This document shows, in pieces, positions 41,580 through 50,800 of a stretch of DNA of 64,000 nt. Every line of letters begins with the position of its first letter. Position 1 is the first letter of the stretch. A model generated the notes under the pieces. The model had not been told where the DNA came from. It did no database searches and saw nothing but the letters and a program-made list of their open reading frames with translations. This DNA comes from Thalia democratica (Eukaryota). The stretch is taken from contig OZ241826.1 in assembly GCA_965202585.1 (NCBI GenBank), positions 109,740,001-109,804,000 on the forward strand, written 5' to 3'. The position numbers and the translations under genes were made by a program.

Positions 41580-42433
41580 ACACTTTTATCTTTGTTGTGA
41601 TTGGTAATGTCGAGAGATTTTTGTTGTGGTTCTGGCTGCGGTTGCGCTGACCATTGGGACTGCCCGTTGTGGTGCTTGCTAAGGTAGCTCGGATCGTTGG
41701 CGCTGGTCGTGGAGGTGCTGGCTTCAGTGGCGCTGACCGTTGACGCTGGCCCTGGTGATGCTGGCTGTGTTTGCGCAGACCGTTGGGACTGCCCATTGTG
41801 GTGCTGGCTAAGGTGGCTCAGATCGTTGGCGCTGGTCGTGGAGGTGCTGGCTTCGGTGGCGCTGACCGTTGACGCTGGCCCTGGTGATGCTGGCTGTGTT
41901 TGCGCAGACCGTTGGGACTGCCCATTGTGGTGCTGGCTAAGGTGGCTCAGATCGTTGGCGCTGATCGTGGAGGTGCTGGCTTCGGTGGCGCTGACCATTG
42001 AAGCTGGCCCTAGTGATGCTGGCTGTGTTTGCGCAGACCGTTGGGACTGCCCATTGTGGTGCTGGCTAAAGTGGCTCAGATCGTTGGCGCTGGTCGTGGA
42101 GGTGCTGGCTTTGGCGGCGCTAACCATTGACGCTGGCCCTATTGATGCTGGCTGCGGTTGCTCAGAACTTTGGTTCTCATCAGGTGTTTCTGCTGCACTA
42201 CGTGAGGCTGTTTGCTTTATATGAAAAGTCATCTTTGGTTTGTTTGAAGGTGTGGACACTTCATTTCCTGGATGACTTATAGTGCAGTTTGAGGCATTTC
42301 TGGTTGGTCTCGGTTGAGATGGGATTTGCTGTCGAGGGGCGGTTTTATTTACAAACTGGACAGCTTTGGTGTGAGATAGTGTAGCCCCAATCACTCTCCC
42401 TCTCACTGCGGAGAGTTTGGGAGCTCGTTTTTT
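41558..42433 (-). CDS. Unknown S/T/Q/P-rich ORF between gag and protease (about 290 codons, 4 x 43-aa repeats)
   Basis: Open from the A AAA AAC site (42427-42433) in the -1 frame relative to gag: KKRAPKLSAVRGRVIG.... The tracked GTG start at 42406 is internal to this open frame. Confidence 0.7.
   Translation of the reverse strand, partial: KKRAPKLSAVRGRVIGATLSHTKAVQFVNKTAPRQQIPSQPRPTRNASNCTISHPGNEVSTPSNKPKMTFHIKQTASRSAAETPDENQSSEQPQPASIGPASMVSAAKASTSTTSANDLSHFSQHHNGQSQRSAQTQPASLGPASMVSATEASTSTISANDLSHLSQHHNGQSQRSAQTQPASPGPASTVSATEASTSTTSANDLSHLSQHHNGQSQRSAQTQPASPGPASTVSATEASTSTTSANDPSYLSKHHNGQSQWSAQPQPEPQQKSLDITNHNKDKSVKNGHFN
41637..42155 (-). repeat. Coding minisatellite, 4 x 129 bp
   Basis: gatcgttgg recurs at 41692, 41821, 41950 and 42079 (exact 129-bp period). 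The unit encodes QTQPASPGPASTVSATEASTSTTSANDLSHLSQHHNGQSQRSA. Confidence 0.95.
42383..42433 (-). promoter_or_regulatory. Programmed -1 ribosomal frameshift signal (slippery heptamer plus stem-loop)
   Basis: A AAA AAC in the gag frame, a 5-nt spacer, then CCCAAACTCTCC-gcagtgagag-GGAGAGT(ga)TTGGG, which folds into a long hairpin. The gag stop TGA (42403-42405) lies in the hairpin loop. Confidence 0.75.
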
Positions 42434-44120
42434 GCATGAGACGGAGATATGGTTTGATGGCGCATACTACATCTCCTGTCTAAACAGGTATGGGTATTTA
42501 CACCAAATCTCTGATGGTTTCTGCATATAATTTCATTGTTGTTAATGGCTGTCCATTGCTGTTGTGCTTAGGCTGGTCTGTTTTGATTTGAGCGCGGGGC
42601 ATTGCTATAGTTTATATTTCTAGCTCGTCCCTTTGCCTCTTGCTCGTTTGTGTCGAGCATTACTTTCCAAGCAATTTGAAAGTCTTTGTCTTTCAGGTGA
42701 AGCTTCTCCCGTTAAGGATTTTTTAAACGATGAGGTGCTAAGTGTATTGTGAGAAATTTTGTTAATACACCTTCATTTCTGAACTCAGCTAACCAATGAT
42801 TAATCTCATCACCTAGTTCCCTACTTGAAATGGAGTGCATGTCAGTTCTTGCAAGTAGCACGTTGCTTACTCGCGCTTGCCCACTCATTAGGAACTCTTT
42901 CAACGTGTCGTAGTTCCTATCTTCTGGGTTATATCTGTGGTAGTAGCTCTCTCTCTCTTTCCAGGTCACTAATGTTTCAAGCAGCCTGTAAAGATCTTGA
43001 TCCGATCGAATGTCATAATCGTTCGCGATCTTCTCAAAGTGTTTTAGCTTTAGTTTTAACTGCTCTGTATCGCGCTTTAAGTATCCGACTTGACTGACAA
43101 GATCGCCCTTTTTCTGCATTAGTTTATAATGCTGGCTTGTTGTTGTGCGGGGCGTACTGCCACCTATGTCTACTGTGACGTCATACCTACTATCTTCTGG
43201 CTGGGGTTGGCAGTTGTAAGACGCACTGCGAACACATGGTTGGAAGTTTTCTTTCACACCTGACCCTCCTTGCACTACTGAAGGTCCTCTATAGTTCGGA
43301 AGAGAGCGACTGGTCACCTGGCTCCTTGGTAGGTCTTGAGCCTTTGAGGTGTGTGAAACCTGGTGGGGAACCTGGATTTGAGGATCCATGTATGTATTCT
43401 GTCTACCCTGAGTTGAGATGTCGTGATTTGTCCTTGTGGATGGATTTGGACTTCTCAATTCATGTAATTCTTCTTGTAATTTTCGAAATTCCTCTTGAAG
43501 TTTAGCCTGTCGAATTTGTTCCTTCAAATCTTTGATCCCCTGTACTATCTCCTCGGCACTCAGTTCTTGAGGTGGCACTTGAATAGGGGGTCTCCTGTTG
43601 TTTTGGAGGGAATAGTCCATGTTTAAGTTATTAGGTTGGAGTTGTTGTTGGAATGGCAAAGGTGAGGTTCTTGCTGGAGGAATGGAGCTGTTGCTAGGTG
43701 TAGATTTTTGTTGGGGTGGGTAGCTTTGTCTTGGCAGACCACTTGGATTAGGCTGGTCTCTAGGTTGTTGATAACTGCCCATTGCTGCCTGGGGTTGTTC
43801 CTCCTCCTGGCTACCTCCTGACTGATCCCCCCTGCGTTCATGTCAATCTCGGCACTGATTTCTATACCCTGTGTCTCAATTAAAGCGTGTTCACTCTTAG
43901 TTGGGTCACCATATCTTTCGCACGTTGCTTGTGGTTGGTCTGATGGACCAGGTTGGCTACGGCGCGATGAGTGTGGGTCAACACCCCTTTTGTTAATCCC
44001 TCTGTTTATATTACGTTGGCTACAGCGAGTTTCGGGGTTGATGACCTTGTCTAAAGTATGATGTATGTTCTCTTTAGAGAACATACTATCCTTTTTGGTG
44101 GGCTTGGATCTGTTACTCAT
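42403..44120 (-). pseudogene. Gag polyprotein (about 570 codons reconstructed), disrupted
   Basis: ATG at 44120. A 1-nt frameshift at G6 (43827-43832) joins the 165-aa and 356-aa ORFs. In-frame TAA at 42712-42714 and 42568-42570. The C-terminal knuckle CRNHQRFGVNTHTCLDRRC (C-x2-H-x9-C-x4-C, 42469-42525) is of the CHCC type of CsRn1-like Gags. Confidence 0.85.
43903..43911 (-). promoter_or_regulatory. Primer binding site, tRNA-Trp type
   Basis: TGGTGACCC immediately after the 5' LTR matches the first 9 nt of the known tRNA-Trp PBS TGGTGACCCCGACGT. Confidence 0.85.
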
Positions 44121-44154
44121 TGTGCTATACCAAGAGTTAGGTGTGGCCCACTAG

Positions 44155-44202
44155 TTTATTTTAAATTAATTTAAGTTGGTTTGTAAATTTCAGAGATTTA
44201 TA
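44155..44202 (-). promoter_or_regulatory. LTR TATA box and polyadenylation signal
   Basis: TATAAAT (44202-44196) then AATAAA (44160-44155), upstream of the gag ATG at 44120. The same motifs are present in the 3' LTR at a 5054-bp offset. Confidence 0.55.
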
Positions 44203-44240
44203 AGAGTACCAAAAGCTGCTTGCTACTTTAATTAATTATC

Positions 44241-44444
44241 AACAACAAAGCTTATTTATTCAATTTTATGTAAAACCAAATTACACATAGTTTCAATATA
44301 ATTAAGTATTAACACCAAAGTTTATTTATTCAAATTTATGTAAAACCAAAGTACAAATAACTTCAATTTAATTTTATTAACATCAAAATTTATTTATTCA
44401 AATTTATGCAAAACCGAAGTTAAATTAACTTCAATTTAACTTTC
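44241..44444. repeat. Three tandem 68-70-bp repeats in the U3 part of the LTR
   Basis: Units begin aacaacaaag (44241), aacaccaaag (44311) and aacatcaaaa (44379), each containing tttatttattcaa.tttatg.aaaacc.aa. Also present at 39187-39390. Confidence 0.85.
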
Positions 44445-45364
44445 TTAGAAATATATCAATTTAAGAGACAGAACTAAAAATAAGAGATTAATAACAATAC
44501 TCACAATTTAGCACATAGAAAAGTCAACCTTGAGCTGCCACACATCTAATAATCTAAATATAAGGCAGCAATTTAGAAAGTTAACAAATTAGAAAAAAAC
44601 CCTAATTAGAGAAAACTCTTTTGCTGAATTTAATTTATAGCCAGAGGCGTTACAACATAGCCGAAAACAATTAATGAAAAAAATAATTACATACATAAAC
44701 TGCTCTTAAATGTAAAACGTTTTGTTATGTTAAAAATGCATTAAAAAACTGATAGCGACGCAAAGTACAATAAAAGTTTTATAGCAAAACGGTGGTGCGT
44801 TGCCTAAAACTTTGATGTGCTTGAAAAAACAAACCTTTACATTATTTACAAGTTTATTTACGCAAAACTAACTAAAAACTTATTAATAGTACACAATAAA
44901 ATTTTTAATGACTTTATGTTATTTCATTGGGTAAAATATACTTAAGTTAAAGAAACTATAATTTAAATGTATTTTATAATCATTGCAGCATATAAATACA
45001 AAAAAAGAGGTCAAAACATGTTCATAAAAAGAAAATGTTGTATGATTAACTTTTGCACATGTTGAAATTGTGTACTGAAATGCTCATAAATACTGACGAA
45101 CGTTGAAAACATTTTTAATTATTTCTTTTATACGTTTTGAAAGAACTTGAAAGCTATCAGTGGAGTATTTCTATGTTAGCAGGTACAATTTTATTTTTTT
45201 TAAATCTTATATTTAGTCTAATAAGATTTTCAATTCCGGTTTTTTTTTTCTTTTAAATGTTTTAGAAAGATCAGTTTTTGTGTTGTTGTTGAAAAAAATT
45301 TTATAAGTTAAACTATAAGATAGGCATTTCCGTTTACATAACATAAGGTTTACATAATCAACTA

Positions 45365-45775
45365 TAAACAATAACATAAGGTATATATCAATCTAAACGA
45401 TATTCTTATATCAGTTAGTATAAACAAAACTAATGATTTTTTTTTATAATATAATACACTACGATTCGACACCTGGTATCTTTTCCGTTTATTTTTTATT
45501 AACTGTTTTATTTGGTGATGTATAAAAATCAAGTATTGAAAATCAATTTTCATCAGCTCGTAACAGATGTTAAAAGCATGTGGTGATTAGATAACCAAAA
45601 GGTACTTTCCTACCTTTAGAGCAAACGTTTTGAGCGCTATTTGTTTGACATTCAGTAAACAATAACATAAGGTATATATCAATCTAAACGATATTCTTAT
45701 ATCAGTTAGTATAAACAAAACTAATGATTTTTTTTTATAATATAATACACTACGATTCGACACCTGGTATCTTTT
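45365..45775. repeat. Perfect 120-bp direct repeat pair flanking a 171-bp spacer
   Basis: 45365-45484 is identical to 45656-45775. Confidence 0.92.
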
Positions 45776-45902
45776 TAAACATTATTTTACTACTATTTCA
45801 AAGTGCTACAACTAGAAATTTTATTAACAGTTAATTCAACATTTTGTTAACAGTCATTAACTATAACCTTTATGCTTCTAACTTTAAAAAACTACATACA
45901 AA

Positions 45903-46782
45903 CTCTTAAAACTACTCGTAGCTAACATCTGACATAAAAGTGATACTTATTAAGGTTACATTGTGAAGTTTTATTCTAGTACTACTTAGCTTAACAATTT
46001 TTTTTTCGTATCAAGTTAAAGAGACTCAAAGTTTGTATTGCCTTAAAGTAAAATTTTATTAAATAAATTATAAATAGTAAATTTAAGATATAAGAATAGT
46101 TATCATTGTGGAACTACTTTTTGTGCGTTAAACTTATAGACAAGTGTAAAACTACATATTATCAGTTTGATTCATATTTAGTTCGTAGTTTACGCCAATG
46201 CGTACTCTGTTAACACTGACCATTATGATCTGCTTACTTTTGTTAATAAACAACAGTTTATTTTGTATACATTACTTTTTTGTTTGGAAATTAACATTTA
46301 TTTTAACACAAAATATTACGGTCTCTTATATATCTTATTTATATTAACTCAAAAACTTCTTACGGTCTCTTATAACTACTCGTAGTTAAAATATGTCACA
46401 AAAGTGATACTTAGTTAGGTTACATTTTAAAAGTTATATTATAGTCATACACTTAAAAACTTAGCTTAATAAGATTTTTTTTCGTATCAAGTTAAAAATG
46501 GCTCAAAGTTTGTATTGCCTTAAAGTAAAAGTTTATAAAATAAACTTTAAGTAGTAAAATTATGATATAAAAATAGTTATCAATTTTGGAACTACTTTTT
46601 ATGCATTAAAATTATAGACAAGTGTAAAACTACATATTATCTGTTTGATTCATATTTAGTTCGTAGTTTACGCCAATGCGTACTCTGTTTACACTGACCA
46701 TTATAATCTGCTTGCTCATGTTAATAAACAACAGTTTGTTTTATATACATTACTTTTTTGTTTGAAAATTAACACTTATTTT
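45903..46782. repeat. Tandem duplication, unit about 465-480 bp
   Basis: Copies at about 45903-46302 and 46367-46782 are co-linear with scattered substitutions and small indels. The core tagacaagtgtaaaactacat...acactgaccattat is nearly identical. Confidence 0.92.
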
Positions 46783-47798
46783 TTCAATTATAAATTAAGT
46801 TAATAGCTTTGGTTGCTATCTAAACAAATTTCATTTTCGTTTATAATGGATGTTATGCAGTAATTGAAGATTTAAATATATTTAATGTGCATTAACTATC
46901 TTGTTTACAAGTTTTTAAGTTTGTTTAGTTTTTGAATTTTTATTATTAGCTTTGTCTTTTAAGAACATTTATTTTTACGTATAATGATAAACTTTAACTT
47001 AGATATAAAGAACAGATTAGTATTTAAAACCAAAAAGCTAAAATTTGCATTAATAAAACCTTTTATATATCTTCTTTAAAATTAAAGCTTCATTTTCATA
47101 ATCAGGTAAATATATCTTAATAAATATTCTTAGTTAATTAAAAGTTGTTTTAAACAATTTTTATTACTTCTTCATAATTTAAGTTACAATTTTGGCTTAA
47201 AATTATTTGATAACGTATTAATAAATACAATTTATTTTAACAAAAACATTGAATCGCATGTTGTGGCATGTTCTTTTATGTTCAACTTCTAATTTTAAAA
47301 AAATATAGATAAATGTATGTCGAAAAACATTTACAATCAAGTTTTGAAAAATATAAATATCTATACTAGTGAGCGGTGACAAAATAAAATTAAGTTAAAA
47401 CTAATAATTTTTTTTTATACTTCTTATGCTACAAGATACAAACTTTTTGTTGCTTTGTTTGTAATATACTGACAAAAACATTACTATAAACATATTTAAC
47501 ATAAATTTATGATAGTCGGTAGAATGTTTTCACTTTCTTCAAAAATCTTTCAGAAGAAAGGTCTTTAAATAAATAATTTACACAAATAATTTTAAATGTT
47601 TAAATGTGTGTTTTAAATGTTTTAGTAATACAAGCTTGTTTTTGTGGTAAATGAAAAAAAATATTATTATACAAAAATAGTTAGGGTCACTAATAGAATG
47701 GTATTTTTTATTTCACCTCTAATTAAAGAAGCTTAAAACTGCCTTTGTAAAAATTATAGCAATTTCTAAAATCGTTCCTAATGTATGTACAAATTTTT

Positions 47799-47840
47799 TG
47801 AACGACCAATTATTTTTTTAAAGTAATAATTGGTCGTTCA
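47799..47840. repeat. Perfect 16-bp inverted repeat
   Basis: tgaacgaccaattatt (47799-47814), 10-nt loop, aataattggtcgttca (47825-47840). Confidence 0.8.
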
Positions 47841-50800
47841 TAAATTATTAATTATGGTAAATAAAATTAACAACAGTTTATCTAATTTCAGCCCGAAATA
47901 TCCCGTAAACTCGGCCTTGAATTATTATGTTTTGCACTCCAAAACAAAACCTAAAAAAAATAGTGTAATTTTTAAATTTTTCGTTAGTTGTACCATCTGC
48001 TCATCATGTGTCCCCATTAGTCTTATTTCAGAAGCATATCTCTCTCTGACTTATTATGACGTCCTCCAACGGTACTCCTTTTTAGAGAACTCGGTATTTT
48101 AATTTTTGTAAATAACTAACTTAGTTTCTTTAAACAGGATAAATTTGTTGTTGTCTATTGTTACATTTATTTTAATAAGCTACAAACAAATACTTTGTAT
48201 CTAATTTCTCACAAAATTATATTGTTAAAAGCTACATTTAAAATTGTTTGTACTTGAACTAATAATTAACTAAAGAAAAACAACAAAGTTCTGTTTTTTA
48301 AACTACATGTTGTCTTGTTTTTTAAAAAAGTGTAAAAGCTTTGCTTTTTTAGATATGAAATTTTTTGAGAATTTTTTTTATAAACTTTTTAAGCGTGTTT
48401 CAAATTAAAATACGCTGAAAAGTTTTAAATTGAAATTAATAGTCTCAATGAACTACTGACACCTTTTTTTAAATAAATCATTTAAGGTGAAATAAAAAAC
48501 CACAAAATACAAATAAAACTAAATTTGCTTTATGAAGTTGCATTGAAAAGCATTAGTGACGTAACATGTAAAAAAAAATTAATTTTTACAGAAAGCTTAT
48601 ATTTATATACACAATTTCACGAGCATTTATAAAGCTTCTATTAACTTTTGAATTTGGTTTTGCTAATTTTAAAAGCTGTTGTAAAACAGCTAATATATCA
48701 ATATCATTTTTTAATCTGTACATTTATTTTTTGGTTTATATTTAATTAATCTGAAAAAAGATATTGAAAATTTTTATAATCAAATTTTAAAATGGTTTTA
48801 TTAATAAAAACTATTAATTTAAAAATTTTCGGTTTACGTTGAATAATCTATATTTTCAATTAACGATGAACAAAACAGATAATGTTATTATCAACGTTTT
48901 TATTTACTTTTTCTTAATGTCATTGTATTGGATTGAATGCTTTTTTGAATATTTGCTTTATATATATAACTTATTTTTTTTACACTAATAATGATGGTAA
49001 TAAATTAAAGTTCAGACCGAAATTTTGTACATTTATTTATAACCGTGGTAAAACTGTGAATATAGTTAAACTGATGCAAAAAAATACAAACTGCCTTGTT
49101 GCAGAAACGTTCGGTTTATATTAACACGCTTTATTGCATTCTATTGCTTTAAAAATTGATTATTTTAATGAATATTAAGTGAAATGTTATTAATTTTATT
49201 GCTTAAAAAATTGATTATTTTGGTGAATCTTAAGCACAATGCATAACACATTTACAACACCGGCTAAAAATTATTTTTGAGCTTTGTTTACTTTTTTAAG
49301 CGTTGTTTGAATTTGAATATTTTTAAAACATGTTATAAACTAAAATATGTCCTAATTACAATATTTAGCTTTATTTATAAATTAAATTTTTTTTTTACAA
49401 AAAAATCCTTTGAAATATTTATTTTATCAAAGTCCTCTGATATTTTTTAACACGGTTAACAAAAAGAAAGTATTTTTTAAATTGTAAAAATAGTTCAATT
49501 TTTTTTAAATTGTATTAAACAATTAAACAAAGTTATAAAAATAGTATTGATTTTGTTCTAAATTTTAATAAACAATAATAAAATTAGCTGTGGTAAAAGC
49601 AGCTTTCAAAATGAAAAACAAAAAGAAGTTCTTTTAAATTCTTTCAAAAAAACTTTTTATTTATTTTTTTTAGGCTGAAAAAAGTTTGGTATTTTTTTTT
49701 AAGTTATGTCACAGTTTGATTTTTAGTTTTTTAAATTGTTTTTTTTTTTGAAACATTTATTTCAAAGTTTTCCTTAAACTAAACAACATTCTGTGTCTAC
49801 TATTTTTAAATAACTTTAATGATAAGTTCTTAAAATAAAAAGATACTATCTAATTAGTTGCTATAACTAAATATAAATAAAATAATTACAAACTTCAGTT
49901 AAAATTTATAAAACACGACAATATTTTGAAACAACATTTTCAAACAAATGCAAAAAAATCTAAAAACATTACAATAAATGGTCTTTCAGCGTAGCTTTAA
50001 ACAATAAAATACAAAACAACATAAATAGGTATCTGCTATTTAACTTAAGAATTAGTTTTAATATCTTTATAATGTTTCTAATAAGTATATTTAAACACAA
50101 GCGCTTAAGTATTTTTTTATAAGTTTTTGAAACATTAACCTCGTATTTTTAGTTTAACATAGTTTATGGTAAATAAAAATTATAATTAAACAAAATATTT
50201 TTGAAGTTCAGTCTTTAATAAATCTATTATGTATAATATATTATATTTACTGATAATTTATTATATTTTAGATGAAGTACTGATTGTGTGGTGCATTTTT
50301 TTTTAGTTTTACTATAACAGTTTAACCAAATAATAACCTAACAAAAATATTAAATTTTGTTTTTACTATTAAGCTTTTAAATTTCGTTAATTGCTACACT
50401 AGGCGATGGCCCTGGACAAAAAGTTCTAAAAGTAGCCCTAGTGTGCGATTCGATAACCGAACGGACTCTTCGTGAACCAGATCCTAGAAAATTTTGAGCG
50501 TCTTTTTGTCGGTCTATTTATATCTTATACTAAGCAACTTAAATCTAGCATATTTGCAATGAAGTTCGATATGTTTGATGTATAAAAAGCACAATATAAA
50601 TTATAATCGCATATATTTTAATTATTGTTGAACGAATTTAACTATTTATAAATTTTCATATTTTGTAAATTATGCTTTAAATATTCCTTAACTTTCAAGG
50701 CTTACGTTTATACTATTTTTTACTTTTACAATACATCTGAAATATTTATCAACTTTACATGGATACAATGACCTTTTTATTTAATTTCTGTGCCTTTAAA

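Larger units (their letters stand above)
38858..44654 (-). mobile_element. Ty3/Gypsy LTR retrotransposon (CsRn1/Kabuki-like), non-autonomous, gag-pro only, recent insertion
   Basis: Two 743-bp direct repeats, 4-bp TSD ACAT (38854-38857 and 44655-44658), tRNA-Trp PBS, PPT, CHCC-type Gag knuckle and a DSG aspartic protease. No RT, RNase H or integrase motifs were seen in the 4311-bp internal region. Confidence 0.95.
43912..44654 (-). repeat. 5' LTR (743 bp)
   Basis: Direct repeat of 38858-39600, followed by the PBS on the minus strand and flanked by the ACAT TSD. Confidence 0.97.

Noticed and set aside
41637-42155. CRISPR-like array
   Set aside because: Units are contiguous 129-bp coding repeats without unique spacers, in a eukaryotic retroelement.
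41697-42224. 175-aa plus-strand ORF with CVCADRWDCPLWCWLRW repeats
   Set aside because: Antisense shadow of the 129-bp coding repeat. A stop-free unit stays open when repeated, and there is no start context or independent support.
42825-44061. Plus-strand ORFs 42825-43097, 43236-43505 and 43840-44061, and 14308-14502 in the LINE
   Set aside because: Antisense frames of GC-richer gag or RT coding sequence.
45365-45775. Possible TRIM or tRNA-derived SINE (gattcgacacc)
   Set aside because: No PBS, PPT, TG..CA ends or TSD, and no A-box or cloverleaf.
50397-50520. GC-rich island with short cactagg/cctagtg inverted repeat, open for about 30 codons on both strands
   Set aside because: Strand and frame are ambiguous, with no recognisable motif or RNA gene signature.
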